Shown: positions 11,202 to 24,151 of the stretch, piece by piece
Layout of the letters: each line of letters begins with the position of its first letter
Position numbering within the stretch: the first letter of the stretch is position 1
NCBI GenBank assembly: GCA_964036045.1
Contig: OZ038378.1
Location: 54,436,001 to 54,500,000 of the forward strand
Length of the DNA: 64,000 bases
Direction: 5' to 3'
Source of the DNA: Eutreptiella sp. 'Long Island Sound 2002'
Taxonomy: Eukaryota > Protista > Euglenida
Translations under genes and position numbers: made by a program
The notes under the pieces: model-generated
The model's input: only the letters and a program-made list of their open reading frames with translations
What the model was told of the DNA's origin: nothing
Databases searched by the model: none

Positions 11202-13827
11202 CCATGGGGTTCTGGGTACCGCTTCAGTACCCACTGGGGTTTTTAAATCCTAAGGACCTAAAAAAACCCAGGGCCGGTGGCAGCGGCCCACAAGGGTGAC
11301 CCCTGACCGCCCCAGACCCCCACGACCAGGTGACCCGGAAACACAGGTGTGTGGACGAGAGGGGCCAGCGCAAGCAAGCATGCCAGTGCAACGGAGGGAG
11401 CCAAAGTGAGACACATCCAACGCTACGCCCCAAACTCAGTCCGAAGGCTACAATGCCCTGAACCCTGTAGAAGCAGCCCGACTTCTACCCCATCCAGGGA
11501 CGAGGGAAGGGACGAACTGCAAAGCACTGTCTGCGTGACACGGACAAACATGGAACTGAGAAGGCGATGAAGGTCGTGAGGCAGGCGCGGCTGGAGCTCA
11601 GTGGCGGGTCAACACCTGACCAATTGAGCCCCCCCCCCTACACAGGGCGCCAGGCAGCCAGGATGGGGTGGGAGGCGGGCACCGAGGGAGCACCCAGGTG
11701 AAAGGGTAGGGGCGAGGAAGAGGGGCAGGGGTAGGGCACGCGAGTGGCACACACGAGTGACAGCGATGCACGGACAGGGAGGGCAGACGTGCAGACAGGG
11801 ACGACTGCGAGAAGGAGAATGGGAGGGGAGACAGGCGGGAGAGGGGGCGCAGGGCAGCGGGACCAGGGTAACACGAAGAAGAGCAGAGGGGCACACGCAG
11901 GGCGCGCGGGAGCAGCAAGGAGCGAACTGAACCAAAAAAAAAAAACAACGGCTGGACGGGCGGGCACACAGGAAGGGCAAATAGAGGTGGCAGGGTGCGG
12001 GAGGTGGGGGGAACAGGGGGCCAACGAGGGCGCAAAGGAACACAATGTCTCCCTCACAGAAGCACCTTGCCGTTGACCCGCATAGAGCGGTACCGGCCGC
12101 CCCGCCCGACCATTAGGGAACTGATGGAGGGACGGCCGGCGGGAGAGGAGGACGGGGGAGTTTCCCCGAAGGGGTGTCTGGGGAGGCCGCCCAGGTCGGG
12201 CTACGAGTCGGAAGACAGGGCGGAGGCCCTGAGGCACGTGAGGGCGCGCGAGATACAACCATGGCGCGGAGACGACCAGCGGCGAGCACACGGAGCGGGG
12301 GAACAACACTAAGAGGGCGGGCAGGAGACAGAGGGGAGGGGAGGGTAGAGAGAAGAGAGAGCGGATACATGTACAGCAACGCGGGCTGAATGGCTGGGTC
12401 GCCCGGCATGGCCGGGGACCGCCAGGGGCAACGCCACAGGATGGCGGAGGGACTGGACATGAGCACCGAACAGAAGCGAGACAGATGGCGATGCAGTGTT
12501 GTTGTGCGTGCATGCAAGGAGGAGGGAACCAAGCGGAAATAAAAAGCAGGGAAAAAAAAAGGGAAACAAACGCGGACAACACCCCGCAGCACCACAAGGA
12601 GGCGGGACAGAAAAGGACAAGTGGCCCGGGCCACGCGACGGCCCCAGGTGACTAGGACAGCTAGGGAGACGGCACAGGAGAGAGGGGCGGGGGAGGGAGG
12701 GGAGCGACCCGTGCTAGGCGCACGAAACGGTCCCCGGATGGATGAGGATCCAGTGGGCCCGCGCCACGGGGTTGCTGGCGGCCCGGTGGGGTATAGACAC
12801 GGGATGAGGGACGGGATGGGGCCGCAAGACAGCCCGGGGGATTAGGCCAGGGCCGCGGCACAGGGGAAAGGGACGGGGGCCGGAAGGGAGCAACCCGTGC
12901 TAGGCGCACGAAACGGTCCCTGGAAGGAAGAGGCCCCAGTGGGCCAGCGCCACAGGGTAGCAGGCGACCCGGTGGGGTAAAAACAGGGGATGCAGGGACA
13001 AGGGGACGGGGCGGGGAAGGGCGTGTGGCCAGGGCCGCACAACGGTCCGAAGGGGTAGGGAGTCCATGGGACGCTGGGAACGGGCCGGTGCCGGGATGAG
13101 GCAAAGGGGAATGGGACATGGGAAGGACAGGGAGGCCGAAAGCGCCAAGCAACAGCCCCGTGGGATTGGGAAACCAGTCGCCATGGAGTGGTGAACCATG
13201 GGCCAACCATGGGGAACCTGGCCAAGGGAAGTCGGGAAAATGCCCTGAACTCCGGGACGGCCGTGAGGTGTCCGCAGGGGTGAGGGTTGACCTTGAGATC
13301 ACCGGGTCAATGGCCTGATTACAAGTAGGTTCACGCGTGAGCGGGACCAGGGGGAACGTGGAAAGGGTCGCCCCCTGGCCTCCAGCCGTGGATGGACGAT
13401 AACCAAGTGCATCCGGGAGCCGAGTGGGTACTCCAGCCCGTGAGGGATGGGGAGAGGTGGAATGTGGTTGACAGAGAGAAATGCTCCACTGCTGGGGAGG
13501 GCTATCCACAGGAAACCCGCCTGCAGGCGCCCAATAGGCTGTGCTAGGGGGGGAAGGCCGGGGGATCCTTCAAAGGGTGACCGGAAGGAGCTGAAACCGT
13601 GAGGGCAGCGACTGAAGGGAGCCTACCACCGGTCATACCCCAAGGGAACCTGGTTGAAGTTCTCGGCCGTGAGGTGAGACAGGGGTCGCCAGTGGAACTG
13701 ATGGTGGAGAGCACTCCTTCCCGCCAGAGGCGGCCGATATGTAAAACAAACAAGGAGGAGTCAGATGAGGCTGCGGACGCGGCCGCCCTTACTTACTTAC
13801 TTACTTTGTCCAGACCCATGGGGTTCT
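11202..13827. mobile_element. About 2.6-kb GC-rich, purine-skewed non-autonomous retroelement-like unit
   Basis: 12-bp direct repeat CCATGGGGTTCT at 11202-11213 and 13816-13827, each followed shortly by GGTACC; (CTTA)4 at 13788-13803; no credible protein. Confidence 0.4.
12690..13060 (+). repeat. Diverged tandem duplication, period about 186 bp
   Basis: CCCGTGCTAGGCGCACGAAACGGTCCC recurs (GTGCTAGG at 12711 and 12897) with aligned downstream sequence. Confidence 0.85.
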
Positions 13828-16800
13828 ACCCCTCTTGGCGGTGGTACCATACTCCCAAGTGTGCTACGTATGTATGCATGTGTCTCACTTCTTTCCCCAG
13901 AGTGGCTGCCATCATCGGCCTTCACTGATGTCTGATCGAAGGTCCTAGTCAGCCACTGGTACCACTCCTATGGCGCCCAATTTCTGTGCTGGCGCCTAAA
14001 GTTTGGAGAAACGGCAAAAGCCCTACCTACTAGAGGGCAGGGATGGCCAGGTTTGCTAAGGGCATACAAAACCCCCATTTTTCTAGTGGCCAAAAACTAA
14101 CACACTGCCCTGCCCCCGAGCAAAAGCACGCGGAGCAGGAGACACCACTACTCTACACACACTAATGCCAGCACGAGCCTTCAAAAGTAGGGTGAGCACA
14201 ACCGCAGTCAGCCACTACCAGGCCTGCTGACCCTAACCCCTACAGGCGCTACCAGAAGGCCATGAGAACGTGTTCTCAGGCCCTAGTGGCCCACCTGTGA
14301 AGGAACAAGAGACCACAGCGCCCCTAGGCTGCTCTGGCCTGACAGAGACGCCCTCGCACGTTTGACTGCGAGGGTTCAGACGAAATTCACTTGCGTGTTG
14401 TGCGCACAGCGTGTTGTAAGAGTTGTACTTGAAGAAGTCGTTCAGCCCTCCCCATTACTGGCTGAGGCCTACTGTTGTTTGTGTGATCAGCGCCCTTTTT
14501 GGCGTGGTCAAAAAAACTATGCTACTGTACTAATCACCCTGTAACTTTTGCACCTGAGAGCAAAGGCGGATGCAGAACAGTTTGGGGCTGAGGAACCTAA
14601 CCAACCTCGCCGTATTATCTGGGTCTTCGGTTGGAAAAAAATACACTGTTCCCAAACTGTCCTATCAAGGAAGCAAGCGTTGAGGACTCCGCCCGTTCCC
14701 TTCTAGAACGTAGGGCGGACACCTTGGCGAACCAAACAAGATTTTTACCGCGTGCACAGTGTGTGGCCTACAGCCCCTTAATGCATCATGTAGCATGCAG
14801 GGAAAGGAGACGAGTCAAACACAATTTTTTTCCTACAATCAACCCTACAATTTAACCAATCACGAAGAAACTGAACCAGCAGGTGACTTCCTCCTGGGCT
14901 TACTCACCTTACTCAGCACGCATCATGTGTATGCCAAAAGACAACGAACGCAAGAGCACCCCTAAGTGTTTAAACAACCCTACGGCGATTTATAAACCAC
15001 CCTAAGCGATTAATGCATCGTGTGTATTATGCACTTCTTCCGTTGTTTTTTGCAGGAGAGAGGGAGAGGGAGAGAGAGTGAAATGACGGACAACTGCACA
15101 CACGTAGGGCGGCCGAGGGACAGGAAAGAACCAACACCCCATGGGTCAGATGCACTGGGGCGACCCAGCCGACCCACCAGGCCAGTGGCAGGAGCGGTAC
15201 TCCAGGGCCACTGGTCCGAGCCCGGCCAGGCTGCATCGGGGACCATGGCAAACGTCACCCGGAGCCATGGAAGCAACCGGTGACAGGCGAGCCGGTACAC
15301 AGTCCAGGAGGGGGTCGCCTGCCAAGCAGAGTGGCCCCGCAACTCAAGCCACAAGGGTGAGGCGGTCGGACCGTAGACTAGCGGGAGCAATACCCCTTGT
15401 GGTGTGAGATACTCCACACGGCTGGGCAGCCCCCAGAGCTGCCGCCCCAAGGAGGGGGCATGTGGCCCTACCCATGGACACATGTGGGGACACCCTTTCA
15501 CCTGGGACACATGGACCGGGTGGCCGCGACAATGCCTTCTCAAGCACATGCGGGAGCGGCTCAAGAGGCACCTGACATAGGGCGGTGGGAGGGACAGGAC
15601 GTCCCCTTGGTAAGACCTTCTTCCTGCAATGTCAAAGGAGGCATCCAGAGCTCCCGAAGATACCTACCTACCTACCACAACGTAAAACGAGGCCTAGGGT
15701 TTTAAGCAACCCTACTTTAACCCTACATCGAAAGCAGGAACGAGCAAGCACTTTCTTTTGACCTGTGGAGAAACGAGGGAAGTGAAAGGATGCACAGGGA
15801 AAGTGCCACCGCGTGTGAATGCCGAGATTAGGCACATGTATCGCCAGCACAGTGCACACTCTAACCTTACGTGCGCGCTGCGTGCTCCATTCGTCTGGCA
15901 TACCTTTGATTCTTGGTTTTACCTGTGTAGAGCGAGAAAGGTGAACACCCATATCCCAAACAAACGCAGCGGTGACAACCCTAGCGTTTTAACGAAACAA
16001 ACAACACGAACACAATGCATGTGGTATGACAGTAACATACCTGAGAAGCGGATCTTCTGCATACTCTGTTGTTTGGCTACTTGTTTTCATTCATTTTCCT
16101 AATATTCATAACATTTTTGTGGCAAATGTGCAAACATTTGTTTGAAAAGCTTTGAAAACCACGGCTCATACCTTCTTTTCCTGGAGCTGTTTAAGCCTCC
16201 GCGCCTCTTTATGTGGGGTGCGGCACAGTTGCGCTTGTCTGCGACTACTAGTTTGAAATAAAAGATGACGATTTCTAACGTCTTTTCATCAACTTTTAGC
16301 GCTTTGACGTTTTCAATCGCTCCCCTTTTCGCTAAACGACAACATTCACACCCTGTCGGTTAAATTTTCTATTTTTTTTCAGCTGCTCAAGATTTATGCC
16401 CTCCATCAGGAGTGTTGCTCCGCCCTGATCCTTGGTCAGCACGTTTTGTAAAACGCTGTTTATACAGCAATGGCTGTCCGCATTAGAGCGTTCAACTGTA
16501 CCCCAGTGGGCAAGCATGTGTGCTCTAGGGAGGGAGTCTTGGGTTCAAACCCCACTTCTCCCAAATTGTTGCCAAAGGTTTGCGCCGCACGCTGGCGCCT
16601 TTCATGAATGCCCCCTTCGAAGGGACATCATACACGGTAAGTTACACTGTTTTTCGAGGGTACCTACAGTGTGATAAGCTTCTATGAAGTGATGAGAATG
16701 TCATATAGCGGTTTGAGGCAATTCTTGAGGTGATTTCAGGGTAATTTGGGCCTTTTTCCTTGGTGCTACTAGCTTGATCAACTGGTACTCCAGGGAGGAG

Positions 16801-16889
16801 TAATAAAAGGTCACTGCCATGTCCTTCTCGGGGTACGTGGTCCAGGCCAAGCGCATCCTACACCTTTATCAGTTATGAAGACCAACACT

Positions 16890-18310
16890 TAATCATTTCA
16901 AACGCTCTTTTTGAGGTTTTTAGTACATTTTTTAAGGTAACCAGGGTTAGAACCCTAGACAGGCTCAGCCCCAGCACTAAAGTGTTGGGAGGTATCTTCC
17001 TTCATGGAGGTAATACCGAAATAAAATACGCATTCCATGCCTGGGGCCTTGTTGGTTAAGACTAGGGGTCTCCCACGTCAGGATTCCTATACTCAATTGT
17101 TTTACCTACTTATTGCAGGCCTATTGTTTAACTAATTCTGAAATCAGTTGCTTGGCCATGCTGGCCAAGCCATATCCTGTGTCTGGCCCAGCCTACATGC
17201 CCCAGATTCCTAACCTACTCCATTGCATATCAAAAGGTGCACTTGAGGTGCTTGGGACTGTCTCTGAGACCAGACGTATGTCAGTTTTCCAGCTAAGAAT
17301 GATTTGTTCTCTCCATTTGTGATTGAATCTTTGTATTTATTCTTGCATTGTCTATCTGCAGCCCTTCGGTGATACATTGCATTTCAAAACCATTCATTGA
17401 TTCGGTCCATATCCTAATCATGCTCTACTTGCTGCTGTGGTCCTGTTATCCAACTCCAAAACGTGCAGGATTTCATCCAGACGTTTAGGGCACTAATTAA
17501 GGACATTTTTTCTCCAGTCTTCGATCTGGTGCTTGTGATCAGTACACTTCTGGCACTGACTGTGACAAACATCTCCACAGTTCAGGATACAAGTGTTTTT
17601 TGGTGTTCTTAGTGTTTTGCTTTAGTCTTCCAGGGCCTTCCTCTGCTACCAGAAAGGGTATCTGCTTTGCCCACACGATTGCTTGTTCCTTGTTTCCATC
17701 AAAGAATTTCTTGATTCTTTTCCCCAATGCAAAATGAAGTCCACACAGAGAGAAAGTAGATCAAGTCTAGGTATCGGATCAATAAAATCAGGATAAACCC
17801 TTCCACAATCAAAATATGTGTAGAAAAGAGGGGCTGCACAAAGGCAATGCAGACTGAAATACAATGCTTCAATCAAATATGAACAAAGCAAATGATTTGA
17901 TAAACCAAATTGATATAAGCCAGCAAGATACACCCAAGCACTTCATGTGCACCCTTTGACATGCAATGGACTTCGTTGGGAATCCGGGGTAAGTGGGTCG
18001 GCCAGACACAGGACATGGCTTGGCCAGCATGGCCAAGCAACTGATTTCAGAAGCAGTTAAAAAAAAAGTCCCACAATAAGTAGAAACAAAAATGGCGTAT
18101 GGGAGTCCTGAGCTGGGAGACCACAAGGCTTAACCAACAAGGCCCAAGCCATGCAGTGCCTATGTTGTTTTGGTATTGCCTCCATGAAGGAAGACACCTC
18201 CGATCACTTGAGTGGTTGTCCGTGAACTGCATGGGGTGCTAGGGTTATAACCCTAGTTACTTTGAAAAATGTACTTAAAGCTTCAAACAGATTAATAAAA
18301 ATGATTATAT
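16890..18310. repeat. Large diverged inverted repeat (foldback), arms about 16890-17500 and 17680-18310
   Basis: CTGAAATCAGTTGCTTGGCCATGCTGGCCAAGCCAT (about 17138) is the reverse complement of ATGGCTTGGCCAGCATGGCCAAGCAACTGATTTCAG (about 18015); the similarity extends outward to both ends. Confidence 0.85.
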
Positions 18311-18389
18311 GCTAGTCTTGGGAACTTCCCAAGGATTACGGGGGGCTTGGCCTGGATAAAGTGCGCCAAGAATAACATGGTAGTCACTT

Positions 18390-18565
18390 TTTCTTACTTG
18401 TTGGATCTGCTGCTGGATCTGCTGCTGCTTGCTGCTAGCGCTGCTGCTACTTGCTGGTGGTGGTGGTGCCGCATCTTTCTGCTGCGGCTGGTGCTAGTAC
18501 TGCATACTCATTGTGCTGCTGCTGCTTGCTGGTGGTGTTGCTAGAGCTTGCTGCATCTGCTGCTG
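18390..18565. repeat. Degenerate (GCT)n/(GGT)n trinucleotide tract
   Basis: Runs of ctgctgctg and ggtggtggt. Confidence 0.8.
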
Positions 18566-18569
18566 CGGC

Positions 18570-18905
18570 TTGCTGTGAATGCTGTTTGAGTGTTCCTGCG
18601 TGCTGTGAGTGTCATTTGCGTGTTCGCGCGTGCCGTGAGTGTCATTCGCGTGGCAGCGCGTGCTGTGAGTGCTCTTTGAGTGTCTGCGCGTGCCGTGAGT
18701 GCCACTTTAGCGTCTGCTCGTGCTGTGAGTGTCACCTGCGCGTCAGCACGTGCTGTGAGTGTCACGTGAGTATCAGCGCGTGCTGTGATGTGTCATTTGA
18801 GTGTTCGCGCGTGCTGTGAGTGTCCTTTGAGTGTCAGCGCGTGCGGTGAAAGTCATTTGAGTGTGGGCGCATGCTGTGAGTGTTGTTTGAGTGGCTGAGT
18901 GTCGG
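18570..18905 (+). repeat. 30-bp minisatellite, about 11 units
   Basis: Unit approx GTGCTGTGAGTGTCATTTGAGTGTCAGCGC; successive 60-nt lines all start in register with TGCTGTGA. Confidence 0.92.
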
Positions 18906-18974
18906 TGTGTGCTGTGATGGGGCGAATGTGATTGTGCTTGAAAAGCTCAGACGCTGAGCCAAGAGGGGTGGCGT

Positions 18975-19800
18975 CAGGACGGCAGCAGGATGGTGTCAGG
19001 ATCGCGTCAGGATGGCGTCAAGAATGATTCACGTATGCGTTATGAAGCGTCAGGGTGGCATCAGGATGGTGTCAGGATGGTGTCGAGATGGCGTCAGGAT
19101 GGCGTCAAGAATGATTCACGTACGCGTCATGAAGCTTCAGGGTGGCATCAGGATGGTGTCAGGATGGGGTCAGGATGAAGTCAGCAAAGCGGCAGGAAAG
19201 TGTCAGGGGGGTGACACCATGACGTCAGGGAACGTCAGGATAGTCCATTTGCGTCAGGAACGCGTCAGCATAGCGTCAGGATGGCGTCGTGATGGCGTTA
19301 GGGAGGCAGCAGAGGTCTGTCAGGGCAGAAGTGTAGGCGTCAGGAGCTTGTCAGGATGCGTCAGGATGCGTTAGGAAGGCGTGAGGATACTATAGCGTGA
19401 AGATGGCGTCAGGATGCCGTCAAACGACGCGGGGTAAGAATCAACTCAATCCCGCACCATTGGAATGCACTGTTCTCGCGGAGCAGGGGCCATATTGATT
19501 CGGGCCCTGCAACCCAGAGAGGTCAAGATAGCGTAGAGCTGGTGTTAGGACAGCGTCCGGATGACGTCAGGATGGCGCCAGGATGGCGTCAGGATGGTGT
19601 CAGAATGTCGTTGGGATGGCATCAGGAAGTGTTCCGATGCATCAGGATGGCGCCAGGAAAACCTCAGCATAGCATCAGGATGGCATCAGGGAGCGTCAGC
19701 GTGCCGTCAAGATGGCTTCAGGATATCATGGTGGCGTCAGCAGGGCGTCAGAATAGCGTCCAGATAGCGTCTGGATGGCGTCAGGATGACGCCACTAGGA
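18975..19800 (+). repeat. 11-bp satellite (GGATGGCGTCA)n, degenerate, with a unique insert at about 19430-19545
   Basis: Repeated caggatggcgt; higher-order duplication around 19000-19170. Confidence 0.9.
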
Positions 19801-22573
19801 CCTGAGGGCATCTCATGGTGTCAATCAGGCATCCAGGGCTGATACTTACCAAAAATAGGTAACACATATAAGATACAATGTTGTACAAGGTACAAAGCTA
19901 CTGAGATGTACTGAAAATTGTTTAGAAAGCTTTAACACAGTAAACGCCGAAAAAAAATTTCGACAGAAAAATATCTTTGCTTTCTAACATAATGATGGTG
20001 TAAGTGAATAGCTACCAGCGAGGGAGCTGACATGCAGTTTGGACCCCGCAACCCCGATGTGAAGAAAATGGTCTGCAGGAATATGGTCTACAGGTACATA
20101 ATTTACAAGTAACGTTGCAAGCCGTTGGATCATCACTCCTTCTCACCAAGCCTGATTGCACCGTCGCTGTATTGCAGCCTGAGAAGAAACGGTTGGAATA
20201 CCTGAAACTCCTCGAGAAGGATTGTGACGAGGGGTGCGACAACTACGGACCGAAGGCGTATCCCTGCCTTGATTGGACCGCACGCACGATCAATGGGGCA
20301 GAGGAAGTACGCCGGTACACTTGGTAGCCAAAATCATAACCCAGGTCCTGTACCCTTCCAAATTTCAGGGGAATTCGCCGACAAATATGAAGGGACTTTA
20401 CTTCCCTTTTAATCGGCGCAAAACACAAAAAAGAGTGCCTATTGCCCTGAATTTTTTCAAGGACCTCAGGTTTCAGGAAACTTGAAATGAGGACTTGTTG
20501 TTGGCAAAATATTACTGATTGAGACGCGAAGAGGTGGGGGGTAACGGATGAGTAGTGAAGTACATAGCCGGGAGTGCGAGGGGGTCGTCTGACACCAAAG
20601 ACTCCCCTCCCCAGGTCAGTGCACCCACTGAGGCGGAAGAAACCACCAGGTGGTGCCAGGCAGAAAAAATACAAAGTGACGCCATGCATGGGTGTACAAC
20701 TTTCTTGAAAGGCCAAATGTTTCATACACTCCCCTCCCCAGACCGTATACAGCATCTCGGTTAGTGCCTGCTCTCAATGAAAAGCAGATGATCGCCTCAG
20801 GCACTTTCCTCCGAAGCACAACGCGGGTTACCAAGTTGCCAAACAGTCTTGAAGTAAAACCTACCGCCAGTTGACAAACAATGTACACACGAACCGAGGT
20901 GACTATCTGCAATACGGGTTCCCACTTCCACATATGTACAAGGGCGAAAGGGCCTACTTGCTATCAGCGGATGGAAGAATAGAAAAAGATTACCGTTGTC
21001 AGCAATGGTGGGCAGGACAAGAGAGAGATGGAATAGTATAGAATAATGTACTGTAAACTGCCGGACCTTCAGCATCATACACTGACAAAGATCGGGGCCG
21101 CATCATGTCACAGTCGACAGCTGTTTAACGCCCCCCTGTGCGAACATATGTTCGCCGCCGATGGTGGGGGTACCGTCAGTCATGTGGTATTCCCATACCC
21201 CAGCTACCTCAATGCCGAAGCGCTCCAAAGTCCCCTGCTTGCATTTGTGGTTGCCTATTAGCGAGTCCCCTTTAGAAGTTCTTGGCCACAAGTCTTACTG
21301 CACATTATATCATGCAACCACCTGGCGGTCAATCTCACAACGTGCAAAAAATCACCGCAGTTAGCCTGCCTTTACCAGGCTGTATGTCCGTTTGGACTCA
21401 CCTCTTCACAGCCATTGCCATGACCTGACGAGCGCGGGGTGTTCACTGTATTTGCTTGTCCTTCAGGTTGAAGCCACTCCAAGCCAATGGAGGTACATAC
21501 CATACACTGCCACTCAACATCGGCGACCTGAAATGCATTTCGGGAGTCTGAGATACTCCAGCGCGTCAAGTGCAGAGATATCCCAGGACGGGAAGGAATG
21601 AGAGGTACTTCAGATGTGTACATATGTTCAACTTTTTTTTCTTCACAAAAAAACTGGAAACAACTATCAACTACAGCTCCACATTTCAACCACTCGAGTT
21701 TTCTTACTCCTGGGACTTCAAACAGGCTTCATCGGACATCAATCTGCAGGGGAGAGCTCGCCATGTTCCTTTTTCAAAACGGACCTTTTTGAGGCCTATG
21801 GTGCCGTTAGGGCAGTGCATTGCACCCTAGAATTGTTCTGTCTTCTTTTGAAATTGTAGATATTGCAGCTGTCCTTCCAGGAACCTCGCAGAAGTGCATT
21901 GATTGTGTGGTTTCGGCGGGAGACCGCTACGCCTTAAAAAAAGAGAGGTACTTCAGACCTGCAGGTCCAGCGATACCTAAAAGGGAAGCGAAGACAGAAG
22001 GAAGGACCAGAGAAGCTACCTGACTCGCTGCCCACTGTAAGCATGAGGGCAGCACAGGGGCTGCAGGGACATCCATTCGGGGGTCAGGGGGTGCACGATC
22101 TGCCAAGCAGGACAGTTTATAGCCCCCCTTGGGCTGCGCGTCAGGACAGCAGATCAGTCGTTATAGCCACGGCTGTAAGTTCATATGAAAAGTGTGGTTT
22201 ATCACAAAAGCAATAACGCAAAAGCAGCCTGTAAGCCAATAGTTTTTCATCTCAGATCCTAAGGTTTGGCCTTAATCTTGTATATTCCTCTATTGCCTTC
22301 TTATATGCAAACAACTCAGAAACAACCTGGCTTCAACCAGCCAAGATTTGTAGCATAATGTGTTGCCCAAGAGATGAAAGTGAAAGCTACCCTTGAGGGT
22401 AATAATAACTTTCGCTTACAATTCATGTCTCTGAGACATCTGGATTTGAATGAATATCAATAGGTGAACTAAGTAGATACGTTCACAATTGCACAAGTAG
22501 AAACACGGAAGAGAGGGTAAACATGTTGAGGTTCCAAGGACTCTCGAATGACAATGCAACCTGTTTGTCGAAT

Positions 22574-24151
22574 CTTGGCCGGCTTAGGCCAAGATGCCAC
22601 AGGTACCTCTACAACCATCGAGGAGTGGTAGAGGACAAGCATAGTTATGTCTCACACCGTAACGTCGAAGATCAATATGGATGTCCTACTACTTTATGGA
22701 CCAAAAAAATTTTCTTTGGCCGATTCCGGCCAAGCATCTACCGCCGATTCCGGCCAAGGACGTTGCTAGATGCAAGTTTGGAATCAATTTGTTCCATGTT
22801 GGGTCAATTTGCAATAGGGGATGCACTTGGCCGGTTCCGGCCCAACAGCCTTGGCTAAACGGGGAAACCTTTGAAAAAAAACACGCAATTGGTCCGCAGG
22901 CTTCGGCAAGCACACTAGCTGTAAAACAATGTCCCCCTCTGGGGAGCTGTGGCCGACAATTTCAATTGCGGCGTGCGCGCGGTGAATTGGAATTCTGATA
23001 GTTTTTAGCGATGTTACAAAAGCCAAAAAACGGACATCATGTCTTTACTAATGTCTCGCGTCGACGATTCTGAAACATCCGTGCCGTTTCAGTCACTGCC
23101 GGCGACTGTGTGGTGCACTATGGTGGGCTGTTGCTATGGTGCTATGCATAGACTTGAGTCGGTATCTTGTCAAAGGTCGAAGTGGACCGGTGTCACGTGA
23201 TAGGTTGACGTTTCAGCCATTTTCAGGTCATTTTTGCCAAGAACACCCTCTTTTGGCCCAAAAAATGGGTTTTTCTCTTGCGCTAAATGGCATATTTTTG
23301 GTAGTTTTCATTTGGTTTGACCTAGCTTTGTCATATGTCACTCCCTAAAGGTGCCTCTAAGGAGGTCAAGGGAAGGTTTATACTTGTGCCGTACTTGTTC
23401 GCCTTCACAAGCGGACTCCCATGGCTGTAAGTTAGTTCACTACTTTTATGTCAACCTCCTTGGTGAAACACCCTTAGGCTAAGGGTTGCTCATCCACATT
23501 GTATAGGAACCTTTGGTGTGTAGTTCATGTGGCTCTTCCAGAGGCATGAGCAAGGGTGATACAAACCTTCATGTGTTGTCCGCACATTCCGAGTCCAATG
23601 TTGCTGGGAATCAAAGAGTTGTGGCCGGAGAGAACCTATCAAGCGGACCTACCCATTAACGAAGCCACTTGGTTACTTCATATTTTTATTTTTGCCGGGC
23701 TTTTTCACAAGATTTCACACAGAAGTCTGAGAAATCGGTGATTTTCTACAGTGGCGCTTGCGCGCAACGGGCCCGCCGACGCGACAACTGATTCATGTCT
23801 TGGCCGATTTGGGTCAAGCTGTTCATCAGTAGGGTATAAACATTCCAGGATTTTAGATGGTGTTTGGCCGGAGTTGGCCAAACAGGTCTCCGTTTGCAGT
23901 TTCCTACTAACGTAGAAGAAACACACATGAGTGTTTCATCTAGATCACTCTTGGCGAGAATGGGACAAAGTGACATGGCCGGCATCGGCCAAGAAAGTCG
24001 GTTTCCACTGTAGTGCCTAGGGGCATACCAATATTCATTGTCAATGTTGAAATGATGTAGACATGAATACGTATCCCCTAGTGCCCAAAGGTGGTTATGG
24101 TGACCCCATATATACAGCACCACCCGTTCCATCTTGGCCTGGACGGCCAAG
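22574..24151. repeat. Two clusters of TTGGCC-N5/6-GGCCAA palindromes, probably subterminal repeats of a DNA-transposon relic
   Basis: Copies at 22574, 22716, 22743, 22826, 23799, 23863, 23976 and 24133; the second cluster is inverted relative to the first. Confidence 0.6.

Noticed and set aside
11638-13509. Long ORFs (319, 282 and 173 aa) on the minus strand
   Set aside because: Products of C/T-rich low-complexity sequence that lacks stops; no motifs
13755-13790. Hammerhead-like CAGATGAG plus hairpin
   Set aside because: Core is CAGAUGA rather than CUGAUGA and there is no GAAA after stem II
16480-16565. tRNA/SINE-like B box GGTTCAAACCC
   Set aside because: No clear A box or cloverleaf; too weak to call
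18390-18905. Possible host exon encoding a Q/S/A-rich protein and 10-aa repeats
   Set aside because: All frames contain stops or are explained by trinucleotide and 30-bp repeats
22574-24151. CRISPR-like array of palindromic repeats
   Set aside because: Spacing is highly irregular, repeats are degenerate and in both orientations, the context is eukaryotic and there are no cas genes
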